A stretch of DNA of 63,900 nt, counting the filler, from Octopus bimaculoides (lineage: Eukaryota), in the NCBI RefSeq assembly GCF_001194135.2. It is 7 parts of 7 records of this genome, joined end to end, with 100 filler letters (N's around TTAATTAATTAA, not from the genome) between each part and the next. Parts side by side here need not be neighbours in the genome. Positions count along the whole stretch, not along the records: positions 29,672 to 55,835 come from NC_068982.1; positions 55,936 to 59,244 come from NC_069001.1; positions 59,345 to 63,900 come from NC_068986.1; 4 more parts are not named here. The stretch is one strand, 5' to 3'. Positions 52,483-63,900 of the stretch are shown in pieces. A model generated the notes under the pieces. That model ran no database searches and was not told the DNA's origin. It saw only the letters and a program-made list of their open reading frames with translations. Made by a program: the position numbers and the translations under genes. Numbering within the stretch: position 1 is the stretch's first letter; every line of letters begins with the position of its first letter.

Positions 52483-52860
52483 ANNNNNNNNNNNNNNNNN
52501 NNNNNNNNNNNNNNNNNNNNNNNNNNNNNNNNNNNNNNNNNNNNNNNNNNNNNNNNNNNNNNNNNNNNNNNNNNNNNNNNNNNNNNNNNNNNNNNNNNNN
52601 NNNNNNNNNNNNNNNNNNNNNNNNNNNNNNNNNNNNNNNNNNNNNNNNNNNNNNNNNNNNNNNNNNNNNNNNNNNNNNNNNNNNNNNNNNNNNNNNNNNN
52701 NNNNNNNNNNNNNNNNNNNNNNNNNNNNNNNNNNNNNNNNNNNNNNNNNNNNNNNNNNNNNNNNNNNNNNNNNNNNNNNNNNNNNNNNNNNNNNNNNNNN
52801 NNNNNNNNNNNNNNNNNNNNNNNNNNNNNNNNNNNNNNNNNNNNNNNNNNNNNNNNNNTG

Positions 52861-53060
52861 CAGCACAATTTTGTCAGTGAACAGGTCGCGGTCTCAAAGC
52901 GACGAAAATATTTTGACAAATTAAATTTAAATGTTGAAGTGAATCTGACGGCTTTTGTGTGTTATTTTAAATGGCTTATAAACACCTTCCACGCTGCAAT
53001 TGTTTTCGTTCCAGCACACAATCTCAGATCAGGTCACTTGCTATGCAAGTACATCTCCAT
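52861..53060. mobile_element. Interspersed repeat with hammerhead-shaped fold (PLE-terminus-like)
   Basis: TTTGTCA-GTGAACAG-GTCGC..GCGAC-GAAAATATTT-TGACAAA at 52870-52920. Confidence 0.45.
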
Positions 53061-53298
53061 ATATATATATATATATATTAGATAAGATGTGTATATATAT
53101 ATAAGATGTGTGTATATATCATCATCGTCATCATTGTCGTTTAACGTCCGCTTTCCATGCTAAGTGAGAATTTACCAAAAAACAGAAGACAAAGATGGGT
53201 GTGTAAACAACAATCAGATGTATTAGTTTAACACTCGGGAAGTGAGAAAGTCTTTTACGTTTCGAGTTTGATAAATAGAAACTGAAAGAAGCCCATCA

Positions 53299-53334
<36 letters not shown>

Positions 53335-54294
53335 TGTATGTGTATGTTTGTCGCCCTAGCATCACTCGACAACCAATGCTGGTGTGTTTATGTCCCTGCA
53401 ACTTAGCAGTTTGGCAAAAGAGATCGGTAGAATAAGTTCTAGGCTTACAAGGAATAAGTCCTGAGGTGGATTTGTTTGACTAAAGGCAGTGCTCCAGCAT
53501 TGCCACTGTCATATAACTGAAACAAGTCAAAGAATAAAAGAATAAATATATAGTATATATACATATAAACACATACATATATATATTCATATATATGTGT
53601 GTGTGTATGTGTATATATATATATATAGGTATACATGTACATAAATACATACATACAAGCATATATATGAGGAGAGACAGAGAGAGGGGAGAAAGAGAGA
53701 GAGAGAGGGGAGAAAGAGAGAGAGAGGAAGAGCGAGAGATACACATATGTACACACACACATATATATTAATCTTCATTTAGTTCTAACTTTTAGCATCA
53801 CCTCTTTTCTAGCCTATGCTATGACAACAGCAACTATTACTGCTATCATTACAGCTTCTACTGCTAACCATAGTCTATCCTAATTGCCACATAGTATGAT
53901 TTATAGTCTATGAGAATTCCAAAAACTGAAGCTAATGGTATTTGTGATTACCACATCTTTTCTGTATTGATTTTTTCCTCTTCAAACCCTATATGAAGAA
54001 ATCAATATGGTATTCATAAATTACATCACTGAAATAGTACACTAACCTATCACACGCTCTTACCATCACTAACAGGAAGAGATTCTATTTAAACAAGGTT
54101 ATTTATTTTAACTTTATCTTTTATGAATTATTCTTTTAAATTCAACACCAAATATTCTAGCAATGTCAAAGGAAAAGACAAAGCTTTGAAAATCCACGAG
54201 ATAGTATGAACTCTGCAACAGGATGGGCTGCATATTATAATAAGGTAATAATTTTCTTAATTAAATGCAGTGTTCTTAAATGATCATCTTTCTC

Positions 54295-54600
54295 TAGCTG
54301 CCATGTCTGGAATATAGGACAGAAGTGGTCATATCCTGCCACAATTCCCAGTTCTTTGTTTTCTGTAACAGTTCCATTTCCTGATGTTTATTGTTTCGTT
54401 CTTCCAACCAATTCTTCAAGCTTTACATCTATCTCATCCTTCTTCTTCTTCTTTTCCCATCAAACTTTCTTAAATTCTCCCTGGGTCCTCTTTCCTCATC
54501 ACATGACCAAGAAATCTCAGTTGCTTGGCCCTTAATCTCATGATAGGGGCCAATAATGATATATAAATGTCATAAATAGTAAAACGTATGAAATTGTAAA
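54295..54600 (-). mobile_element. 3' end of an RTE-type LINE
   Basis: The minus strand reads KQLRFLGHVMRK ... ELLQKTKNWELWQDMT..RHG. Confidence 0.7.
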
Positions 54601-56025
54601 CATTCTTTTTATATTTTTTAGTGAGCGATGTTGCTAATGAAAATGTCAGCAGTTTAATAATTGGACAGAGTCGTTAATCCAATGGCCATGAAATACCTCT
54701 GGTACAGTAAGTAACAACAGCACTCGTATCTGTGCGAATAACTTCACATCCAAGGTTTTACTCAGATGTGTGACAAACAAACTCATACCCTGAGTACAGA
54801 ATGTTCAAGAAAGTTATCTGGGATGAAGAAAAGGTTTTGAACAACTTGCCAGGTTCCATGATAACATTGAGAAAATAGAAATAATTCAAGCTACAAGATT
54901 TAATTTGCACAGGCACTACATGTAGTAAACCATAGCGAGTTACTGGTAGGAACTGAATATTGAATTTGTGTGCCTGGCTCTCTTGTCTGAAGTTGACCTC
55001 ATTGAGTTGCGAGGGAAAAAAAGAGAGGACTTTTGAACGGGTATACATGCTTAAATAGGCGTTGTACTACTAGCGCCCTCCTGCATGTCGTTTTGTGGTA
55101 CTGCCAAGTAAGTTAGCAAAGGGGGAGCTAACCACGTTCACTTGGAATGTTCTACAATGTTCGATCAGGAGAGATAACTGTCATTGACCCCCAATGAATA
55201 TTTTATGGGCTTGCGAACCTGCTTCAAATAGCATTGCTTACAATTTCACTGCTATCAGTTGCTAGAGTATGGCCAAACTGGAGCACTACCTTCAAGGATA
55301 TCTTCAGTACCTGACCGATACTCATTTTATTGTCTTTGGAAAGATGAAAGTCCAAGTAAGAGTTGAAAACTGGGTCTCAAAAGACACAAATCAAATACCA
55401 AAAGGCATTCGTTCTACCAATCTACCAATTTTTCTATCATCTACAACACTCGCTTCAACGGCCATGCTCAAAAGGTGCTTTTACGTGTCACCTGCACAGA
55501 AGCCAGTCCAGCGGCACTGGCAACGCCCTCACTATACATACATATATATTCATTTTTATATTATATATTCCATATTCTATATCCCACATTAATTTTACAA
55601 GAATATAAATAAAACATAAAAAACAGAATTGGAACTCTTTTAAATAAAATAATATATATATATATATATATATCATCATCATCATCATCATCGTTTAACG
55701 TCCGCTTTCCATGCTAGCATGGGTTGGACGATTTGACTGAGGACTGGTGAACCAGATGGCTACACCAGGCTCCAATCTAATTTGGCAGAGTTTCTACAGC
55801 TGGATGCCCTTCCTAACGCCAACCACTCAGAGAGTNNNNNNNNNNNNNNNNNNNNNNNNNNNNNNNNNNNNNNNNNNNNTTAATTAATTAANNNNNNNNN
55901 NNNNNNNNNNNNNNNNNNNNNNNNNNNNNNNNNNNGTAAACATTGATGGGTTTTGTGTTTTTAGTCTTATAATAGGAAAATAAAAAAGTTTCTCACGTGT
56001 ACATATAATATATATGCATATATGT

Positions 56026-56108
<83 letters not shown>

Positions 56109-56123
56109 GAGAGTGAAGAGAGA

Positions 56124-56342
56124 GAGTTAAATCTATTTGCCAACGTGGATTGGCAGTTCTGATTAGAACGGTGTTACTACCTATTTTAAACCCAGGCAAA
56201 CATTTTTTTATCTAGCTGGCTACCTATGCAGTTGTGCGTTGGTAGCCAGCTGGAAAAGATGTTTTCCTGGGGCTAAGAAGAAAAAGTAGAAACACCGTCT
56301 TATTGAGGACTGCCAATGTACGTTGGCAAATAGATTTCACTC
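56124..56342. mobile_element. Foldback (palindromic MITE-like) element
   Basis: AAATCTATTTGCCAACGT pairs perfectly with ACGTTGGCAAATAGATTT. Pairing continues inward to CTAGCTGGCTACC / GGTAGCCAGCTGG around a 16-nt loop. Confidence 0.85.
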
Positions 56343-56749
56343 AGTAGAACTGTTACTACTTGTATAATATATGTGTGTATGTGTGTGTGTTTGTGTATGT
56401 GTGTGTGTATGTATGTATATGTGTATTTGTTTCTATAACATCCAGACTCACCGACTACACACACACACACACACGCACATACACATGCACACGTACGCAC
56501 ACACTGGTTCTTATTAAAACAAATTGTATTTCTGCACAAAATTGCGAAACCTTTTTTTTATATTTTTTACTCTATTTTTGAACGCAAAAACCATGTGTAT
56601 TTTTACGTATATACGTAAGTGAGAAATGTATTTTTACGTATATACGTAAGTGAGAAATGTAAACATATATCCTGGTAAAAAAAAGCTCTATTTATTCTAT
56701 TTGATAAGCACATCTTATTAAAATAAGTTTTGTATTTCAAGTGTTACTT

Positions 56750-57190
56750 TGTTTACTCTTTTACTTGTTTCAGTCATTTGACTGCGGCCATGCTGAAGCA
56801 CAATCGTTTGTCGAACGAATCGTCCTCAGAAGTTAGTCTTTTTAAACCTAGTACTTATTCTATCGGGCTCTTTTGTCGAAACGCTAAGTTACGAAGGTTG
56901 TAAACACACCAGCATCGGTTGTCAAGCGATGGTGTGTGTGTGTGTGTGGAGGGGGAAACACAGACAGACAAGCACGCACACACACACGCACACACACACA
57001 CACAAACACACACATATATATATATAAACGACGGGCTTCTTTCAGTTTCCGTCTGCCAAATCCACTCACAAGGCTTTGGTTGGCTCGAGGCTATAGTAGA
57101 AGACACTTGCCCAAAGTGCCACGCAATGGGACTGAACCCGGAACCATGTGGTTGGAAAGCAAGCTTCTTACCAAACAGCCACGCCTGCGC
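56750..57190 (-). mobile_element. Bipartite SINE family A, CpG-retaining copy
   Basis: Both modules present with many intact CpGs. Confidence 0.88.
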
Positions 57191-57395
57191 CTTTATATTA
57201 TTATTTTTATATTTTATTCATTATATTCTATATTTATATTAGTAACGATTCTACTTAATGCAAGAGCTTGAGTTTCAAGGCCCATATCCCCTTCAGTATC
57301 CTCCCAAAAGCATCAGAGACATACATAGGTTGGATGTAAGTGTCTTCATACACACACATGCACACACTCACACACACACACACACACACATAAAG

Positions 57396-57536
57396 CAGTT
57401 TGATTCGGTTCGTGCTACTTTAAGTTTCGCAGGCCCGACTCCTTTAGGCTTCTGGAACAGTGACAGAAGCCTGAAGGAGCGGACTCCAGTTAGGGGCCTG
57501 TGAAGCTTCATGTTCCACTAAACCGAACCCAAACTG
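57396..57536 (+). other. Imperfect 140-nt hairpin (pre-miRNA-like or foldback)
   Basis: Inner stem CCG(A)CTCCTTTAGGCTTCTG / CAGAAGCCTGAAGGAGCGG with a 9-nt loop, plus two outer paired segments. Confidence 0.5.
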
Positions 57537-57603
57537 TTTTAAATAATATATATAATTCCAACTAAATGTGTCGAGTGCCCTTTCCTTTCGTTTCTCCACT
57601 CAG

Positions 57604-57667
<64 letters not shown>

Positions 57668-58831
57668 NNNNNNNNNNNNNNNNNNNNNNNNNNNNNNNNN
57701 NNNNNNNNNNNNNNNNNNNNNNNNNNNNNNNNNNNNNNNNNNNNNNNNNNNNNNNNNNNNNNNNNNNNNNNNNNNNNNNNNNNNNNNNNNNNNNNNNNNN
57801 NNNNNNNNNNNNNNNNNNNNNNNNNNNNNNNNNNNNNNNNNNNNNNNNNNNNNNNNNNNNNNNNNNNNNNNNNNNNNNNNNNNNNNNNNNNNNNNNNNNN
57901 NNNNNNNNNNNNNNNNNNNNNNNNNNNNNNNNNNNNNNNNNNNNNNNNNNNNNNNNNNNNNNNNNNNNNNNNNNNNNNNNNNNNNNNNNNNNNNNNNNNN
58001 NNNNNNNNNNNNNNNNNNNNNNNNNNNNNNNNNNNNNNNNNNNNNNNNNNNNNNNNNNNNNNNNNNNNNNNNNNNNNNNNNNNNNNNNNNNNNNNNNNNN
58101 NNNNNNNNNNNNNNNNNNNNNNNNNNNNNNNNNNNNNNNNNNNNNNNNNNNNNNNNNNNNNNNNNNNNNNNNNNNNNNNNNNNNNNNNNNNNNNNNNNNN
58201 NNNNNNNNNNNNNNNNNNNNNNNNNNNNNNNNNNNNNNNNNNNNNNNNNNNNNNNNNNNNNNNNNNNNNNNNNNNNNNNNNNNNNNNNNNNNNNNNNNNN
58301 NNNNNNNNNNNNNNNNNNNNNNNNNNNNNNNNNNNNTATATGTATATATATATATATATATATGCATACATACACGCGCACACTCTTATACATTCATCTG
58401 CACATATACCTCGGTACATATAAATCATTCAGCGCGCTTGCACGTCGGTCTTTATATTTCTGGGCTACACAGATTTTCAAAAATAATGATTTAGATGGGC
58501 GAAACGAAGCAGAACAAAGTATAGGTACAGAATCACAACAACAGCAACGACAACAATAAAAATAATAGTAAGAATAAAAACCACAGTAATAACGAAAGCA
58601 GTTTAGATTGCTTAGCGTTGTTGTTCTATGTATTACGAAATTACATCGATAGGAAAATTTCCTATAAATTAGAGGGTAAAAAGAAAGTGGGATGGAGAGA
58701 GAAGGGAGAAAATAAACAGAGATAGGTAGAGAGATAGTGAGAGGGAGAGAAGAGAGGCGAACAGAGAGGGAGGGAGAAAAGGAATACAGGAAGGGATACG
58801 AAAATATGCAAGAAGATAGATAAAAATCGTT

Positions 58832-58846
58832 GTTGTCCATGGCAAC
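58832..58846. promoter_or_regulatory. RFX X-box-like motif in a CpG-retaining region
   Basis: GTTGTCCATGGCAAC. The surrounding 58370-58900 has noticeably more CpG than the centre of the window. Confidence 0.35.
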
Positions 58847-59142
58847 ACTAAAAATGCAATATACTCTCCGAGCAAATCGTTTTACTTACGCTTATACTTC
58901 ACAAACTATGCATCTGGAATCCCCTTTTACGTGTATTCTTTTACTTTTCTCAGTCATTTGACTGCGGCCATACTGGAGCACCGGCTTTAGTCGAACAAAT
59001 CCGCCCCAAGACTTATTTGTTGCAAGCCTATTACTTAATATGTCGGTGTCTTTTTGCCGAGCGGCAATGTTACGGGGACGTAAACATACCAACATCGGTT
59101 GTCAAGCGATGGTGGGGAGGCAAACACAGACACACACACATA

Positions 59143-59190
<48 letters not shown>

Positions 59191-60690
59191 CTTATCACCG
59201 GCATAAAGCCCGTCCCAAAGTTCAATAGTATATATATATATATANNNNNNNNNNNNNNNNNNNNNNNNNNNNNNNNNNNNNNNNNNNNTTAATTAATTAA
59301 NNNNNNNNNNNNNNNNNNNNNNNNNNNNNNNNNNNNNNNNNNNNTATACATATATATATATACACACATGTGTGTGTGTGTGTCCATCCAACATCGCTTG
59401 ACAACTGATGATGGTGTGTTTACGTCCCTGTAACTTAGTGGTTCGGCTAAAGAGATTGATAGAATAAGTACTAGGCTTACAAAGAATAAGTCCTGGGGTC
59501 GATTTACTCGACTAACGGCAGTGCCCCAGCATGGCCGCAATCAAATGACTGAAACAAATAAAAGAGTAAGTGACAAAATATGGTACCTTTATCTACACAA
59601 TTACTGTAGCTTATCATTGGATAACGAAACCTTAGATATGACTGTTTAAAAGCCTTGGTGGATCAGGATAGACTTGGGTTTAAACATGAACCACAATTCT
59701 TGACTTTTATTCTTTAAGCCATTAATTTGTTTACTGCACTTTGTCTGGCCAAGAAGATACCAGTGCTACATGGAGGATAAAGACATGTAATTGTATAAAG
59801 ACATTCCTTAAGGAAGCAGTTCTTATATTTCCATCAAACACTTTTATATTATTTCATTTCAGTTTATTTCTTTAATTAAAAATCTTGGCACAATTTTAAA
59901 GATTTCTTGCAGTTTATTTTAAGTCTGAATATTAAAAGTGGAAAAGAAAAATAAAGACAAAAGGAAAAATATAAAATTAACGGAAAAAAAAAGAAGTCAT
60001 GTTTCTTCTTTAGTTATTAATTTAATACAATGTATATTCAGCACTTGCATTCAGCTCTAATGAACGAATTGGGAAACTTTAATAATCTAAATCAGTCTGT
60101 ATGTTGCTTTCATTAATATATGCTGAAAATCATTTCTATTATTGTAAACCACAAGAATAACAAATAATAGCGAACATATAATTTTAGAAATGAAACATTT
60201 CTTTTGTTATTGACAGGTTAAATAAGCCATTGGAACAATCTGAATTACATGTTTATGTATGCTTTAGTTGTAGAATTAGTTGTTTCTGTTAGTGGTAGTT
60301 TCAGGTGTGTAAGCTATGGAATGTAACTGCTGACATTTTGCTTGTGTTTGCACGGCAAATAGATATTTCTACCATTTGATCTGTTTTTAAATATTGCCAT
60401 AGCACTTAAATCTAATTTAAAATAAACTGTCAGTGTGTAAGTGTTGAAGAATGGTGGCGGGACTTAAAAGCATACAATTTTATTTAGTTTATTACGTAAT
60501 TACATGTTCATTTCTAAATAACATGTTGCACAACTATAATTTAAAGAGGGTGTAGTGGGGGGAGGAGAGTGGTGGTGGTGGTGGTGGTGGTGTTGTGGAT
60601 GTATTTTCAGTTTATATTGGTTTCCTTCATTTCCAAATTTCAAAGGATGGTTGTGATGCTGACAACAGCAGCAGTAGTAGTAGTAGTGGC

Positions 60691-60721
<31 letters not shown>

Positions 60722-63700
60722 ATAGAATTGGAGTTTAGGTAGGATAGAAGAGAAATGGAGAGATGATGATGATGATAATAATAATAATGATAATAAAGAA
60801 TAAGATTGCAGTGTGATTGAAAGTATACTTTAGCTGTGATGTAAATAGTAAGGACATTTATTTATTTATTTTTACTTTTTTAGATTTATTTTGTTTATTT
60901 ATTTATTTATTTATTTTTTACTTCTGTTGAACCAAGCATAGTGTGCTGGAAACTATTTTGAACCAAATCTAACGTTCCAGTTGCAATATAAATCAATACT
61001 GTCTATGTCATTTAATTATTCCCTTTCCTGCTCTACCTAGCATCTGACTGCTATTACATGAGAACAACATCGACTTGCTTGGCTATTTACATGTATAATG
61101 TACCAATAGTTTGGCTCTCGCAATCATTTCACTGTCAAATCCTGTACATGCAAGCTTCAACAAGGGGGTTATATCATAAATGTGGTGTATACAACCTTTT
61201 ATTTCATTGCCTTTACGTTCATTAGCAAGCGAACCCCACCCCCACCCCCACATCTCCACACCCATTCCCTATTCTTCATGTTTTATTTATTCATTTGATC
61301 ACATTTGGTTGCCTATTCTTTTCTTAAAGAATGTAGGTAGATATTGTGTTTATTTACTTATTTTGTTTGTTAGCATTAATCTTTTTTTTGTTTTGGTTGT
61401 GGTTTCGGTCTCAAATCTTCTATCAGCTACCCTGCCCTCATACATCTCTACAGTCGTGTTATGTACTTGTTGACATGGGAACATAATGTGTTCCTGTCAT
61501 AATTTCTTTATCAGCACAACTGTTTTCTCATGTTTGTTTATATTATGTAGTTTGTCTTGTATTTTCTTCATCCTCATCTAAAGAAACAAATTTTAATTAC
61601 AAGGATCTTCTGTTATAATCTGTGGTTACATTACATTTAATTTTTTTTTTATTTAATGTTAGACAGCAACATATATTTATCATGCCTTGAACAAACTGCA
61701 AGTGTGTGTGTGGGTGTGTGATGGAAGTAAGAGCTAGTATTCTGTTAGAACACAGCAAACCTTGTTCTGTTCTACAACATGTCACCCTAACATATGTTTA
61801 TTTACATTGTGTAGTTTATTTACTTGTTTTCTCAAAGTATTATGTAATTTTGTTATTTTAGTTTTCTCCTTATAGCTTGAATTCTTATCCATATTATTCA
61901 TGTATGTGTGTGCCTACATGTGTGTGAACATACAGATTATAAAGAATATGTGTGTCCATCTCAATAGACAATGACACACATAATTTAAACTCACACACAC
62001 ACACAGACATACGCGCGCGCATGTACACATGCACAAATAACAATGGTTGAAGCTTGAACTAATAGCTATTGGTTTTATTGCTGTAACATTAACCATTCAT
62101 GTAGCATGGTTTATGCAGGTCTTACTGAATTATCACCATTATTTAATGTCTTGTTTTTCATGCTAGCATAGGTTGGATTGTTTGACGGTAACTGGTGAAC
62201 CAGAGAGTTGTTTCAAACCCCAACATCTGCTTTAGCATAGTTTCTAAAGCTGTATGTCCTTCCTAATGCCAGCCACTTTACAGAATGTACTGGGTGCTTT
62301 TTATGAAGCACCAGTACTAGTGATCTCTCCAAGTAACTTGGAAGACATGACCTCTTCGACTGAGGGGCAAGTAATAGTGCAGGAGGTGGCTCTATGGTTG
62401 AGAAACTAAAGTATGATAGAGGAACAAACAGGAACAGGTGTCTTGCTGTAGAGAGACGTAGGGTTACCCCTGTTAGGAAAGAAAGATGGTTGCAAAGATG
62501 TTTTGACATGCGCCCTCAAGTTACAGGAAGGTGAATATAAAAGAAGTAATATAATTATAGAATGTAAAATTCCAGTCTTGGAGCAGTCATCTAGAAAGTA
62601 GTTATTAAGTCTATTCATGCTTTCATTATTAATTTTTCTAGTATGCTGTGGTTCACTTCTACGGCCACCAAAACTGATACCAAAAGATGCTTTCTAGTTA
62701 GCATTGAAAAATTTTTTTCTTTAAACCTTGATATATCTTGATCTCACTCGCTCTGAAAACACCACTCCTGGATTCTACCTGGTTTCGCTATTGTCCTTCT
62801 AATCATAAATCTACCCAAGATAATCAATAGAACTTACTGAATCATTTATCAAGTGAAAAATCATTTCTTTAATCATGTTATAGACTTACATCATCATCAT
62901 CATCATCATCATCACCACCAGCACCTTCACTTTCATTACAGCTGTTGCCGCCATCACCACCATCACTGCTGCCATCATTGTTATCATCATCATCATCATC
63001 ATCATCATCATCTTGTGTTCTTTTTCTTTTGCATCTTCTTTATCCCTCTTTCTGACTTCTTCCTCTTCATCCACTATGTTATCACTTCCATGTTTCATTT
63101 TCCTCTTCGTCATCATTGTCTCTCTCCACTTCCTTTGTCTCCTCTTTCCTGGTTTGTCTTCCAATTGTTTCCTAATAGCTGCACTTTTGTAGGTGTGTGC
63201 AGCTGCTGTTTCGAATTAATCTAAATTATAGAATATGCGTTGATGAAAGAAAGCAAAAATTTGAGGCGAGGATGAAGATAAGTTAGCTAGCTAAATAGAT
63301 AGAAAGATAGCTGGATGGATAGATACATAGAATAGAGCATACAAACCAATCACATAAAAATAAACACAGCTAAGCCTCTTTCTCTCTTCCCTCTTTCATT
63401 CTCACCTTTATTCCCTTATTCTTCCATTTCCTCGCTCTCTCTTTCTCTCTCATTATTCTTAAACACATCCTCATTACTTTCAAGAATGTTTGCTATCTTT
63501 TCCTTTGTTGAGTTTAAATTCCTCCAATTATTGTTACACTGTCGCTACACATGTATTGCATACATACATGTACATCTTACTGCCACCTCTACAGAAAATT
63601 GTTACATCCTTTTGCCGCCATCACCACCACCACCACCACCACCACCACCAACACATGCATTACCTTTACATCAACTGTCGTCCTCAATTTCCACTACTTG

Positions 63701-63787
63701 TTATGTCCTTTTTGGGAGTGGTGATGGCGGTGTGACATACACATGCACTTCGGTGCATGCACATATATATTACTACATGCATGCATG

Positions 63788-63879
<92 letters not shown>

Positions 63880-63900
63880 TATATATATTATATATATATA

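Noticed and set aside
55066-55086. CTCF-like motif CTAGCGCCCTCCTGC
   Set aside because: Only a partial match, with no supporting context.

Overview
AT-rich, repeat-dense, gapped eukaryotic DNA, most likely from an octopus or other coleoid cephalopod (inferred from the SINE/LINE families and the microsatellite load). I could not confidently recognise any intact host protein-coding gene, tRNA or rRNA. Nearly all ORFs in the supplied track are microsatellite read-through, N-gap artefacts or decayed transposon fragments. Recognisable content: degraded RTE LINEs, a Penelope-like element (PLE), R4/Dong-type LINE ends, a degraded mariner with two nested insertions, several MITEs and foldback elements, and dozens of tRNA-derived SINE copies built from shuffled modules. 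The most interesting signal is a SINE family whose 3' tail folds as a minimal hammerhead-ribozyme-like motif and whose insertions show PLE-style inverted ends. Other leads are further hammerhead-like remnants, long hairpins and an exact inverted duplication (possible dsRNA or pre-miRNA), a 36-bp PLE piece copied into the neighbouring RTE, and two CpG-retaining promoter-like patches, one with an ATG (MAASIVK) running into a gap. Repeat boundaries were placed by eye and are approximate unless a TSD or TIR defines them. Family names come from recalled similarity, not database searches.
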